NCBI GenBank assembly: GCA_035221665.1
Contig: CM069147.1
Span: 1,302,001 to 1,366,000 of the forward strand
Source of the DNA: Okamejei kenojei
Taxonomy: Eukaryota
Length of the DNA: 64,000 nucleotides
Direction: 5' to 3'
A program made the translations under genes and the position numbers. This document shows positions 11,863-24,720 of the stretch, in pieces (positions within the stretch are counted from its first letter, which is position 1; every line of letters begins with the position of its first letter). The notes under the pieces are model-generated. The model was given only the letters and a program-made list of their open reading frames with translations, did not search any database and was not told the origin of the DNA.

Positions 11863-14479
11863 CTAAGCCAGGTTCTCTTTACATCGAGTGGGAAACTGTG
11901 ACTCTTTACAGGTAAGACAGTTGTTTTTTGGTAGCTATGGATCTCACTACATTTAATAAAAGATAATTTAATGCATCATTAAATTTAGCCAGAGGAATAG
12001 ACAAACTGGTATTCTTTCCAGATCATGACTAATAGTTAGAAGTGTCCATCTCTTCCTTGAGCAAGTTGAACTCCTTTCTCTCTTCCACACTATAGTGGGC
12101 TGAGAACTTCCATCATGGGGGGGGGGGGGGGGGGGGTGGACAAAAGGAAAAGTGTTCTTCCTGATCTCATCCCTGACCGTGGTGCTGGGCATCTACAACA
12201 GAGTTAGTACCAAGCCTGCAGGAAAAGGGCAATTAAAGGCTATGCTTTCCCTCGATGGATCCAGACCCTCAGCATGCTAAGCTCAGGAACTTGGTTATAT
12301 AGCCAAGGCAGTATTAGGAATGCTTGGAGTTTATCCACACCATTGGCTAATGGCCTTCCACTCCTGTGACCACTTGGTGGCTGTCCAGTGTGCTTTTGTC
12401 TCAGTTAGCTGGAAGGCAACCTCATCTCCATTACACAGCTACATCTCTTCACCAAATAAAAGCTGTCCAGGGTCTGACCTCCCCAGAGGAGCATGGGTGA
12501 AGCTCAACAGACTTGGTACTGGAGTTGGGCATTTCATTGCCAGCGTGTGGAGATGGGGGCTCCGCCAGAGCCCAGCCTGTGAATGACAGCCAACCATGTC
12601 ATCTCTGGGTGCCCGATCAACCACCCACCAACTGGAGCTGTGTCAGGGCCTGGCAGACATTGACACCAACAGAGACAACAACCTGGCTGCTCAACACCTG
12701 GCTTGACATCTAACTATTCCTTTGGTTTATTTATGTTTCATTCACAGGAAGAAGAATATGGGCTAGTGGCCAGCGTAGTCACCTCTCCTGTAATCAGTTT
12801 CTCAGAAGACTGGTGAAGATCTCCTATGTCCTTTATTCTGACGAGAGTTCAAATGTAGAAAGTGGCAGACATGGTGTTCATTGTGTTATTGAGAGCACTG
12901 CAACCTCTGACACCACATTGTTCCAATTTTCAAAGAGAATGCATCATCCAGTAGTGTTAACGTGTTAACGGTTTTGGTTGCTAACCTCCCAAGTGAATCA
13001 TTGTATTGAGGGCCCTTCAGCCTGAGTTGTTGCTTCTGTATTTCTTTGCACCTGAACAGTACAGCACAGGAACTAGCTCTTTGGCCGCAAAGTCTGTGCT
13101 GACAATTATGTCAAGATAAGCTCAGCTCCTGTGCCTGCTCGCGATCCATGCCCCTTCACATCCATGTGCTTATCTGACCAGGTGCTGCCCAACCAAAACA
13201 ATGTTCCCAGCATTTACTTTTATTTAAGATTTGTTTCCTCGTTCACACAGTATGAAGTCTCGGTATGAAAATCTTTCCTTCCCTCATTCTGTTGTAATCC
13301 AAATGCTAATAGCAGCAAGCTACAGTAGAAGGCTGCGAGAATCACAAAAACCCAGAGTGCTTTGAATTAATTCCCATTGCACAACCTCACATGGACCAGG
13401 CGGCTAGACAAAGGCACAGGCAGGTACCTTTAGAATTTGTATGCTAAATAAATAATAGCAGAACAATTACAGGATACTGTCACCAGAACAAGATACTGAG
13501 GAGAATAACAGACCAGTGTGGTAGCTGCTATATCAAGAGATCCTTCTGATTTCTAAAGGCGGAAGATTTAATACACTAACATTACAATATTTTGCCACAT
13601 ACCTCATTTCAGAGACAAATTGATATTAACATATATCATGTAAAGTAGGGATAACTATTTATGCGGTGGAGTTCAATAAATTAGCAGCCAATATTGATAT
13701 ACCTGTATCTTATTGATATTTAGCATATTGATCTGCTGTTTCTAATTACTGTAAATTGATTGGAACAACCCCAGTGACTTAGGAATAAAGCTGATTAATG
13801 ACTTCTTGTTTCTTGCGTGTGTACTTGATACAATCTGCATTAGTTCCTTAAATAACCAAGACTTGCATTTGGATTTGAGAACAGTTTCCTTTTAGCCTCG
13901 AAGTGGAGTCAGACATACGCCATGCGGATTATTCTTGTTTTATTTTACACAGTGATCAAATATAATTAAAAATAGCAGTAGCATAAGGGAGCTTAGAGAA
14001 AAGTGGCATCAAACAGCAATGCTGCTCGGAGTAAACGCATGGCATGGTGAATTCTCAATCATTGATGAGTTCAGTACTCACGGAGTTTCATTATTCAGAA
14101 ACATTCTCTCTGCCCACTGCACCAACCATTAGCACTTTGTTAATCCTTGGAGGGCCCTGAGACATTTGTCCCTCTTTTAAAAAAAAAAAAAAAATAGTTT
14201 TTTATTGGAGGGAAAAAAAAATTCACAGTACATCTGATGTATGGCATTACATTTTCCTCCATTTTGTTTTTTAGAAGTAATAATAATAATAATAATATAA
14301 ACAAAATTCCCGAACCCCCAAATAAACCCAAAAACCCTCCCTAAACGCAATTTGGCAGCTTATTTTTTCACAATCCAAATATTTCACAAAAATCAAATGC
14401 CTTTTTAACAATATTTTAATATAACAAAACAGAATAAAGGCAGATCCCCACTTAATGTCTAGTGCCCTCAGTCAACAGG

Positions 14480-17400
14480 TAGTTCCTTTTGACCCTCAAA
14501 TTATGATAAAGAGGATTCCCATTTTTTCAAATAAACTTTTTCACAGACTCCCTCAATGTGAATTTAATCTTTTCTAATGTTAAAAAAAACATGACGTCTT
14601 CCAGCCAAGCAGCGGCAGATGGAGGAGTGTTAGGTTTCCAGACCTGCAAGATTCTCCTTTTTTTTTTTTTTCGGGCCAAAAGTGATGTAAATGTAAATGA
14701 TATCTGACTGGGTTGTATTTAAACCCAAGGTTTTCTGCTACACCAAATACAGCTACAAGCGGGCTTGGTCTCACTGTCAACCCAAGGACTTCACTGATGT
14801 TTTAAAAACCACGCCCAGTAGTTAAAAGTTTGGGGCAAGACCAGACTGCATCCCCGAGCTAGATTGGGCTGGAGAGAACAGCACCTGTCGTCCCTGGATA
14901 TTGTTTGCAGCTGGCATTGCTTAATGAACCCTTTGTAAAACTTTAAATTGTTATGAGCCCCAATCTAGCACATGATGACGAGGAGTGGTACTTTTTTCAG
15001 CGCTTCATGTCCAGCATTCCTCAGTCAGATTCATACCAAGGACATCCTCCCACCTAGCTTTAACTTTGTTCAGGTTTGATCTCCTAAATGCATCAATCGA
15101 GAATATACGCTGCAGAGATCAGTCCTTTATTTGCAAAGGTAAAGTGAGTTTATTAACACTGTGACAGGAGGGGAGATCAGGAAAAGAAGGAAATTGTTTC
15201 ATGACAAAGTGGCGAACCTGAAGATATATTTAAAGAAATGATTATGTGGGAGACCAGTTTTTGTGTAGGTAGTCGAAACTATCAACTTTATGTTGTTAGT
15301 GTATAAATCCTTAATGGGTCTAAGACCATTCAAACCCCACTGTCGAAAGGTTGCAGTCAAGTGTAGAGGGGGGGTATAATGGTTTATGTGAATGGGACCT
15401 CCAGAACTGAAGCTGATGTAAGCTTATAATGGCGTTCGAAAATTGGTTTAAAATTGTTTGGTTGATAGTTACGACAGGGTTGGATGTAAATTTCTAGAGG
15501 GTTTCAATGGCAGGGGGAGGAATTATACTATAGCTGGGAGGAGACGAGGAGTACAGGATTGTGATTCAAGCAGGACACCAGTCTGGCTCTGGTCGGTGGA
15601 GCCAGTGTAATAACTTTTGGATATTGGGTATGCCCAGTAATAATATTTAAAGCTTAGGAAGGCCCAGTCCACCTACTTCACAATTTATTTGGAGAGTACA
15701 CTTATTGACCCTTGGAATACCTTGTTACCCCATATTTAAAGGAGGTTATAGATTGGTTAACTGAGTTTAAAAAATGACTTGGGTAGGAAACCGGCAAACA
15801 TTGGAACAAGTAAAGAAATCTGGGAAGTACAGTCATCTTCACTGACTGCACTCTCCCAGCCAGTGAGTGGCAGTCTACGCCATCTATCAAAGTCAGCCTT
15901 CATTTGGCTCCCATGAAGGCATGTAGTTATAAAAATAATTAATTTCGCTGCAAACAGGGATGTGAAAAAAGCGGGTGATGTGTATTCCTAAATATACAAA
16001 CCTTCTTGAGATAAGGGAAAGGGCAGGGTTTCCTGTTGGATCTGTAGGGCTTTACGTTGAGGGAAAGCATTTGCTTTTTTGGAGGTTTAGTTTATAGCCA
16101 GAAAAAAAAAAAAGGGGTTTTTCCCAAACTGATCCTACAAGGACACATTTGCAGGGCTACTGGCTATAGGGTGGCTCACATTAAAGAAGGCGGTCTTCAG
16201 CATATTTGAGACACACGATTTTGTTTCCTCTCCTAATGCCCTGGAATATTATGTAGTTGACCTAAGTGTGATAGAGAGTGGCTCAATTGCAATGGCAAAA
16301 AGAAGCGGTGGGTCAGAACGTGGACAGCCTTGACGAGTGCCACGTGTTAAAAATTGAGAAAATAATCAGATCTACAAATATTTGTCTGCATACATGCTAA
16401 GGGTGAATGATATAATAGCTTAACCCAGGCTAGAAATATTTTGCCAAATCCAAATCTCTCCATGACTGAACAAATATGGCCATTCCACTCGATCAAATGC
16501 CTTCTCCGCGTCCAAAGAGATAACAGCCTCTGGGCGCGGAGAAAGCACTGGGCGAATAGACCACGCTGGCCAATTGATGGATATTAGAAGGGAATTTGAC
16601 GATTCTGTTATGAAACCCGTATGATCTTCTAAGATTATTTTGTGAAGTTGTCATTCTAAACGGCAAGCCAGCGCCTTTGTCGGATCCTTGTCTTTTTAAG
16701 AAGAAGTGAAATAGAAGCCTGTGAAAGAGTGGGGGGTAATGAACCTTTTTCCAAAGATTCTTCAAACATTTCTAAAAGAACAGGTGTGAGCTTATCCTTA
16801 AATTTCTTATAAAATTCTAATGGGTAGCCGTCAGGGCCAGGGGTTTTACCACTCCGCATTGCCATAATGGCATTATTAATCTCTTCCTGCCCAAGGGGTT
16901 GGTCTAGATTTTCTACGTCTTCTAATTCCAGAGTGGTATTTCCAATTCGTCTATGTTAAAGTTTTCCATTCCTTTTTATAATATCCAAGGGGAATTCTGA
17001 GGTGTAAAAGAGAAGAATAAAGGCTGTGAATGTATTGTTTATTTTCTTTTGGATGCTTGTTATGTCTTGGTGTATGTCTCTTGTCTGAGGAATAAGTCGT
17101 GACTCGGATTGGCGTTTCAGCTGGTGAGGCCATATGCGGCCTGCCTTATCACCATATTCATAATAAATACCACGAGTCGGTGATTTAGGTTTTGTTTGAT
17201 TAGTAGATAAAAGATTGAATTTCATTTGTAAATCAGCCCGGCTTTTGTTAATTGGGTGTGTTGGGTGCTTCAGAATATTCGCATATCCAGGGTCAAGATG
17301 GATTTTAACAGGGTTTTCCTTTCCTTCTTACGTTCTTATTGGTGTATGAAGTATAAGATATGATTTGAACTTTTAAGTAGGCTTTTAAAGTTTCCCACTA

Positions 17401-18301
17401 ATTAAAAAGAACAGGATACGGACTCAGTTTTATTAATTTCAAGGATATGTGTCTATGTAGCCGACACTTAAAAGTGCAAAATTTTTCATTGGAAGCAAAA
17501 CGGGGGTTGAGTTTCCAAAGAGGTCGTTCTTTAATTATTTAAAGGAAAGCCTATGGTCCAGTATCACAGGTGAGTGATCTGATATTACTATAGCAGTATA
17601 TTCAATTTTCATAACCCTAGGAATGAAGGGGCTAACTATAAAAAAAATAGTCTATTCTGGAAAAAGAATGGTGAACATGAGGAAAAAAAAAAGAATTGTC
17701 TAGCAGTTTGGGATTTCAGAAATCTCAGGGGTCCACACTAAACATTTTGTTGCATAAACAGTGAGAAGGTCTTTGCCATACCAGTAGGTGTCCCCTTAGA
17801 ACTAGACCTATCGAGCAGTGGATTAATAGCACAGTTCAGGTCTCCCGAAAAAATTAACTGGTGCTTGTTCAGATCGGGTATTAATGACAGAAACCTTATT
17901 TGCAAAGTGAACATCAACCCTTATTAGGGGCATATTCATTCACTAAAAAGACAGGTTTTTGAAAAAGACACCCGGAAACTATAATAATTCCGACTGTTAG
18001 GGTCAACTGACTATCGTCAGACGGGGTGTAAACTGTATTCTTTTGTTGATTAATATTGCCACACCCTGGACCTACTATTAAATATTCTGGAGGAGGGTTT
18101 AAAATCTGACTAACCCACGTTTTACGCATTCTGTTATGATCTGCAGTCTTAAGTGAGTCTCTTGTAAAAGTAGTAAATCCGTTTTTAGTTGTTTTTAGGT
18201 GAGAAAAAACTTTAGCTCTTTTAACTGGACCAATTAAGCCCTCTTACATTCCAAGATATAAACCTCACAGGATTGCCTCCATCAATATCACCATTAGCCA
18301 T
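14480..18301 (-). pseudogene. L1 ORF2 (APE endonuclease plus RT), many frameshifts; 3' end approximate
   Basis: MANGDIDGGNPVRFISWNVR start, YAPN, YYEYGDKAGR, MRSGKTPGPDGYPLEFYKKF, RGTRQGCP (~16321-16344), degenerate YAED (~16195-16206), SLAGRVQSVKMTVLPRFLYLFQCLP. Confidence 0.88.
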
Positions 18302-18931
18302 ATTCAAAATATGATTAAAAAAAAATTACATAGAGTGTCTGCCATCCAGAACCATGCGAAGGCTGCATGTGAGAGCCACAATGGGGGGGAAGAGAAAAAA
18401 CAAAAAGGATAAGAGAAAAAAGCAACAAAAAAAAGAAAATTGCATTTATAACAATCAAAGAATAAGCTGCCATTACCCCAAAACCTCTCCCTCTTCCCCT
18501 TATAATAACAACAACAAAAATTAACCCCCAAAAACCTAGATCTTCTTCCTGACTGAGGATGATCGCAGGCATTACACAACAAAAAACTTGCCAAAGTGTT
18601 CCCTAACTTAAATTTTTTTTTTTTTTTTAATCCAATTGAGGGTGGCTCCCTTCTTTAAAAGTTGTACAGTCATTTATTCTACTTTTAATATATATAGGCT
18701 AACGATAACCCCAGACCAGCAAAGCATTACGGGAAAGAGGAAGTGAGAAATTATATCCCAAAGAGTAATCATAGACATTTACTTTTGCTGGCTAAAAGTC
18801 CTCGACTCACTACCCCAAATATGTGGCATTGCAGTTCAACTCAGTCAAATTCCACAAATTAAACTGAAGAACAAACAAATCTTCCAAAGATCCACGCCGC
18901 AGGAGGCCGTGCCAATACCGCACGGATATCC

Positions 18932-19799
18932 TTAAAGGCCATTCTTCTTCACGCTGTCACCTCCCCAGCGCGAGTAGTAAAACGTTTTGGCCGTCTCTGG
19001 TGTATTGAAATAGTACTTTTTACCTTCATGAGTGACCTGGAGCCGGGCAGGATACTGGAGACCAAACTGAGCCCCTTTATTGTAAAGCACGGATTTTATT
19101 TCCCTAAAGGTTGCATGTTTTCTCCCCAACTCCACGCTGAAGTCCTCATAGAAAAACCCCCGGTGCCCTCGGAAGAACAGCTCCTGCCTCCATTTGGTGA
19201 TGATACGATATTTATCCTGGAAGTAATGAAAGAGAACCAGGAACACTCTTGGCTTAGATGATATTCGGCACGTCTGTTGGTGTAGGTCCAATTCGGTGGA
19301 CACACAAAAGCATAAGAGGTCTTGGGAAGAAATCCGCCCCCAGCACTTCTTCAAAAAACTCAGTTATAAATTTAACAGGGTCCGAGCCTTCCATCTTTTC
19401 AGGAATCCCGACCACCCTTAGGTTGGATCTCCGCGACCGGTTCTCAAGGTCATCTAACTTCATTTTCAGGAGTGTGTTTTCACTCTGTAATGCAGCTATA
19501 GCAGTTTCGGCGCTCACCAGTCTGTCACTGTGGTCATGCAGGCCATCTTCAACCTCACGAATGCGTTCATCATGCAATTCATAATGGGATTTAACTTGCT
19601 CCAGACTAGTGTACACCGGCGACAAAGCCACTTCAAGTTCTCTTTTTAGGACAGAGTGTCATATCAGCAAGGAGTGTTGAACAAAGCCTCTCCAAATCCT
19701 CTGGTAGTTCAAGGCCAGCTTCCGGGAGCAATGCAAAGCTGCAGTACTCTTGCTTGAGATTTCACTATCTTTTCCCCCGGTTTTAGTTCGACGGCTCAT
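18932..19799 (-). pseudogene. L1 ORF1 (coiled-coil/RRM RNA-binding protein), frameshifted
   Basis: ATG at 19799 (MSRRTKTGG), LKMKLDDLENRSRRSNLRVVGIPE, HRIGP, FYEDFS, FGLQYPARL. Confidence 0.88.
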
Positions 19800-20257
19800 T
19801 TTACTTACAGTTTCAGATGCTTAAAACTGCTTTGAGTCCTTCATAGCGTTTAATAGTGGGTTATCTCAGAAATATAGCAAAGATAAATGAGTAAACTTGA
19901 GCAGTAATCGGGAGCCACGCTCACACTCAGCTGTTCAACCCATGTTCAACCCGGAAGTCGACATTTGTCTCTCTTTACCACAGCCACCTCACCCCAGATG
20001 GGGACGTCTTGGCTGTGGAGCGAAGAAAGATTCGGAGGTGTAAAAAACTATAAGGCGTTTCGATAATGTAAAGAGAAAGAAGGTGTACCAAGGACCTTGG
20101 GACTGGGATTCAAATGATGGACATGTTATAAGGCCAAGCGAGGATGGATATTTTAACTCAGAGCGTAGTTCTGGCCTGGAACTCACTGCCCGTAACACCG
20201 GTGAAAACAGTGTTCATCTCTGCTTTGAAAAGTGCACTTACTGCAGGAAGGAAAGAT

Positions 20258-21215
20258 GTCAGGAGTATAGACATTGGGAGGTTATGTTGCAGTTGTATAA
20301 GACTTTTGTGTAGCCCCATTTAGAATATTGTGTTCAGTTCTGGGCATCGTGTTATAGGAAAGGTGTTGTCAAGCTGGAAAGGTTACAGAGAAGATTTACG
20401 AGGATGTTGCCAGGACTAGAGGGCCTGAGCTATAGGGAGAGGTTGAGTAGGCTGGGACTCTGTTCCTTGGAGCGCAGGAGGATGAGGGATAATCTTATAG
20501 CGGTGTATAACATCATGAGAGTAATAGAACGGGTAGACGCACAGTGTCTGTTTCAGATTCAGTTTAATTTATTGTCACGTGTACTGCGTGCTAACCAGTC
20601 AGCAGAAAGACAATACATGATTACAATCGATCCATTTATAGTGTATAGACACAGGATAAGGGATAATGTTTAGTGCAAGATAAAGCCCGCAAAGCCAATC
20701 AAAGATAGTGCGAGGGTCATCAACGAGGTAGGTAGTAGTTCAGCACTGCTGTCTGGTTGTGATTGGATGATTCATTTGCCCGATAACAGCTGAGAAGAAA
20801 CTGTCCCCAAATATGATGCTGTGCGATTTCACACTTCTGTAGAAGTTGGTGAGAGTTGTTGGGGACATGCCAAACTTCCTAAGCCTTCTACAGAAGTAGA
20901 GGCTCTTGCTCATAGGTGAATCGAGGACCAGAGGACATAGGTTTAAGGTGAAGGGGAAAAGATTTAATAGGAATCTGAAGGGAAACTTTTTCACACAGGG
21001 TGGTGGGTGTATGGAACAAGCTGCCAGAGGAGGTACTTGAGGCAGGGACTATCCCAAGGTTTAAGAAACAGTTAGACAGGTACATGGGTAGGACAGGTTT
21101 GGGAGGATATGGGCCAAATGCGGGCAGGTGGGACTAGTGTAGATGGGACATGTGGGCGGTGTGGGCAGGTTGGGCTGAAGGGCCTGTTTCCACACTGTAT
21201 CACTCTATGATTCTA
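20258..21215 (+). mobile_element. CR1 3' fragment split by a Rex1-like insertion
   Basis: EVMLQLYKT..MLPGLEGLSYRERLSRLGL (20260-20550) resumes at 20913 with gaatcgaggaccagaggacatagg and runs to the tail ctctatgattcta. Confidence 0.85.
20551..20912 (-). mobile_element. Rex1-like 3' fragment (second family) nested in CR1
   Basis: LYFCRRLRKFGMSPTTLTNFYR plus a 3' tail gtacacgtgacaataaa, also seen at 22470-22495 and 31005-31040. Confidence 0.75.
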
Positions 21216-22124
21216 ATTGTGCAAATGTGTAAATCTCCCCAGCAGGAGCTTGAGGTGATTTGCACTTCGAGCTGTGTAGAATTTCTGGAGTGACACAACA
21301 TGGTAGGGAAATAGCTGTTATGAATTTTGTTGCAGGTAGATTCTATTTTCACTCATGTTGTGTTGAATAAACAGCACAACGTAATTGAATTTCGTGACCC
21401 TGGTATTTTGTGGTGGAATTGAGGCTGGAGACATCAAAAATGCATTGCTATCCTCGCGCTGCACCAAATCTGCCCTCAGGTCCTTGGTAATTAAGTTTTG
21501 AATTAACTTAATTCTAGTATGTGCCAACTTTCAATATCAATTACTTATAAAACATCCAGATTAGAATGAAATTGCACAAGAAATAAGAAAATATTTTCAA
21601 TTCTATTTATTTATTTCCATGAATAAAAGCATTTGGTTCTTTGAAATTATATTTTTCTCTCACTTCTGAAAAAATGAAACCATAGACCTTGAGAAGTAGT
21701 CTTTGATGAGTTAACTTAGATGAATGATCACCTCTGTTTGATTATTTACCGCCACGCATTACTGATGTAAAGCCAGCTTTCCCAGGATTCATCAAATCTA
21801 TCCAATTACAACGTGTAGCTGGGTAAACGATGCATTGTCCAACCATGATGATGTTCCATTAAATTATTTTCACATTCTGATCAGAAGGAAATACAATATA
21901 AAAAACTTGTATTTCTAAATGTATGAGCAAATGTTGCAGAAATGTCACCTTCCTCTGGCAGAATGGCCGCTGTTTGGTCTCCAGTTGATAATTTGGTGCA
22001 GGGATGTAAAATAATCTTGTTAGACTTGGATTCCATTTAAGTAAGACCATTATGCGTGCCAAATTAATCTTTATTTTAAGTATTCAATTTCTTGCCATGA
22101 CATGTTTAAATTGAGTTGTTGTAG

Positions 22125-22585
22125 ACAGAGAACAGTACAGCACCTTCAGCTCACAATGTTTGCACTGAACATGATGCCAAGGCCAATTCGTATCCACGTT
22201 GCCCGTATCCCTCCATTCCCTGCATATCCATGTGCCCATTCCAAAATCTTTTAACACCTCTATTGTATCTGCCTTCACTACCTCCCCGGGCAGTGCGTTC
22301 CAGGCACCCACCACCCTCTTTGTTAAAAAGTCTTGCCCCACCCACCTACTTTAAATTGGCCCCTCTCCCTTTTATCCTGCATCTTGTACTGTGGATGGCT
22401 AGATTGTAATCATGTATAGTCTTTCTGCTGACTGGTTAGCACGCAACAAAAGCTTTTCACTGTGCCTCAGTACACGTGACAATAAACTAAACTGAAGCAA
22501 ACGCTCACCTTAAAGCTAATGCCTCCAGTATTTGAGTTTTTCATCATGGGAAAAAGGTTCTGACTGTCTACCCTATCTACACCTG
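22125..22585 (-). mobile_element. CR1 3' fragment with a plus-strand Rex1-like tail (22378-22500) inserted
   Basis: KRVVGAWNALPGEVV and VDRVDSQNLFP lie on either side of the inserted tail. Confidence 0.75.
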
Positions 22586-22603
22586 GTACTTGTTCCGACC
22601 TTC

Positions 22604-22637
<34 letters not shown>

Positions 22638-23656
22638 AGAGCTCCCGTCCCTTCCCTGGTCCTCCTGCAACTGTATGGACTGCCACAGCCCCCTGGCCTC
22701 AGTGTTTCTGGGGGCTTCACCACTGGGATGGTACCATCAGTGGCGATGTGATGAGTGCCTGGGCATCAGGTTGCACCCCTGCACGGATGGCCACAGCAGC
22801 GCAGGGTACGTTACTGAAATAAAGCACGTACTGAGCAAACCTGAGCAAATTAAACCAAAATACACTTACATCATCTCCTTCTTTCTGTACAGCCTAAAGT
22901 TGCAGGTCAACTTGTTCATTTTGATCTATTTGTTTGTGTTCGTCTGGTTGATTGCATTTGTTGAAACAGGGTGGGCCACGACATAAAGACATAAACATGG
23001 TAAAACACAAAGATGTTGTCAAATTAAAAATATATATAGTAAATTTGCAAAGCTAATGGTGGCGGGGTTGGATTGTATGAGATTATTTGTAGAGGCGGGA
23101 GTTGCCGGGACAACAGTCTTTAGTGTTTGTACTTTGCTGGTCTCTGTGGCTCGGTGAAGGATGAGTGTCGAGTGAGAATCTTGTCTGCTTAGCTTTATGA
23201 AATTTTCTGTCTGAAAGTAAATCGAGGGTAAGCAGAATCTACAGAGCTTTTAATAGCATGATGGGTTGTAAAATGTATTGTCATATGAATCATTGATCAA
23301 ATGAGTGACACAGATGGAAGCCGGGCAGCTAAATGTAGACAGAAGTAAGTATTACACCAGCAGGACATGAAAGGTTGGCAGACAGTCATTTGTCAAAGTT
23401 TTATCTGATTTCAGATCCACTAGATTGATCCGTCACAATTTGGAAACAAAGTGATCTGAGTTTCATTCGATTTCCAGTTTTTATTTGTACGCGCTCTTGG
23501 TAAAGATGCGCTGGAATGGGTGATCAATCCACAGGTGCGGCTGCATTTAAACATTAATTATTCAGTAAGGAAATAATATTCTAAGTAATATCTTTGGTGA
23601 CATTCACATTAAGGAGTTGGAACATTTAAAATGGTCATTGCAAAAGAGGCTGAGTC

Positions 23657-23863
23657 ACAAGGAACTGCAGATGCTGGAATCCTGAGCAAAACACAAAGTG
23701 CTGGAGTAACTCAGCAGGTAGGCAGCATCTGTGAAGGGAATGGACAGATGGTGAATCCACACCCTTCTGAGTCTAAGAAAGGGTCCCAACTCGAATCGTC
23801 AGCTGTCCATTCCCTCCACAGATGCTGTCTGACCCGCTGAGTTACTCCAGCACTTTGTGTTTG
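23657..23863. mobile_element. Palindromic Penelope-like short element
   Basis: aaacacaaagtgctggagtaactcagc..tggacag is inverted against ctgtcca..gctgagttactccagcactttgtgttt, with a decayed hammerhead core in the centre. Confidence 0.8.
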
Positions 23864-23917
23864 ATAGTATAAGAGATTATTAATTAACTGATGGGTGAGT
23901 ATTAATTAGAACACATG

Positions 23918-24085
23918 GCGTACAGGTGCAACTTACAGGTATACAGGTATCACACACAGGTGTACGGGTGCAACACACAGGTATACAGGTATCACACACA
24001 GGTGTACGGGTGCAACACACAGGTATACAGGTACCACACACAGGTTACAAGTAGCACACGCAGATGGTGTACAGCCACCACACAA
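23918..24085 (+). repeat. 21-bp-period minisatellite (acacacaggtgtacaggtacc-like)
   Basis: Tandem YRYHTQV / YGCNTQV periodicity, reverse complement of the 24283-24720 array. Confidence 0.85.
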
Positions 24086-24282
24086 GGTGGTAATTTAATG
24101 TTTTTAGAAGGCTTGAATTTCAAACATTGTATCACAAAGGTGATTTTCTCCTGATTTTAATTAATAGTCCATCAATCTATGGTGAAGTATAAGTCCAAAC
24201 CAAATGAAAGACTGGGTGAAGGTTTTCTGTCCCGTATTCGTCACGAACCTCTTGGGGTCTTCATTTTCATTTTAGTGAGACT

Positions 24283-24720
24283 GCCTGTATGGTACCTGTT
24301 CACCTGTGGGTGGTACCTGTACACCTGTGAGTGTTACCTGTACACCTGTGTGTGGTACCTCTACACCTGTGTGTGGTACCTGTTCACCTGTGTGTGGTAC
24401 CTGTTCACCTGTGGATGGAACCTGTACACCTGTGTGTGGTACCTGTTCACCTGTGGATGGAACCTGTACACCTGTGTGTGGTACCTGTTCACCTGTGGAT
24501 GGAACCTGTACACCTGTGTGTGGTACCTGTACACCTGTGTGTGGTACCTGCACACCTGTGTATGATACCTGTACACCTGTGTGTGTGATACCTGTACACC
24601 TGTGTGGTACATGCTCACCTGTGTGTGGTTCCTGTACACCTATATGTGATAGCTGCACACATGTATGTGGTACCTGTACACCACCAGTGTGTGGTACCTG
24701 TACACCTATGTACAACCTGA
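24283..24720 (+). repeat. 21-bp minisatellite (ggtacctgtacacctgtgtgt)n, about 20 units
   Basis: Direct tandem repeat giving 7-aa periodic ORFs in several frames on both strands. Confidence 0.92.

Larger units (their letters stand above)
14178..19959 (-). mobile_element. Full-length L1-clade LINE (~5.8 kb) with a 17-bp TSD, heavily frameshifted
   Basis: 5' end reads GACTTCCGGG, ORF1 and ORF2 remnants are in order, and the TSD is gacatttgtc(c/t)ctcttt at 14161-14177 and 19960-19976. Confidence 0.92.
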
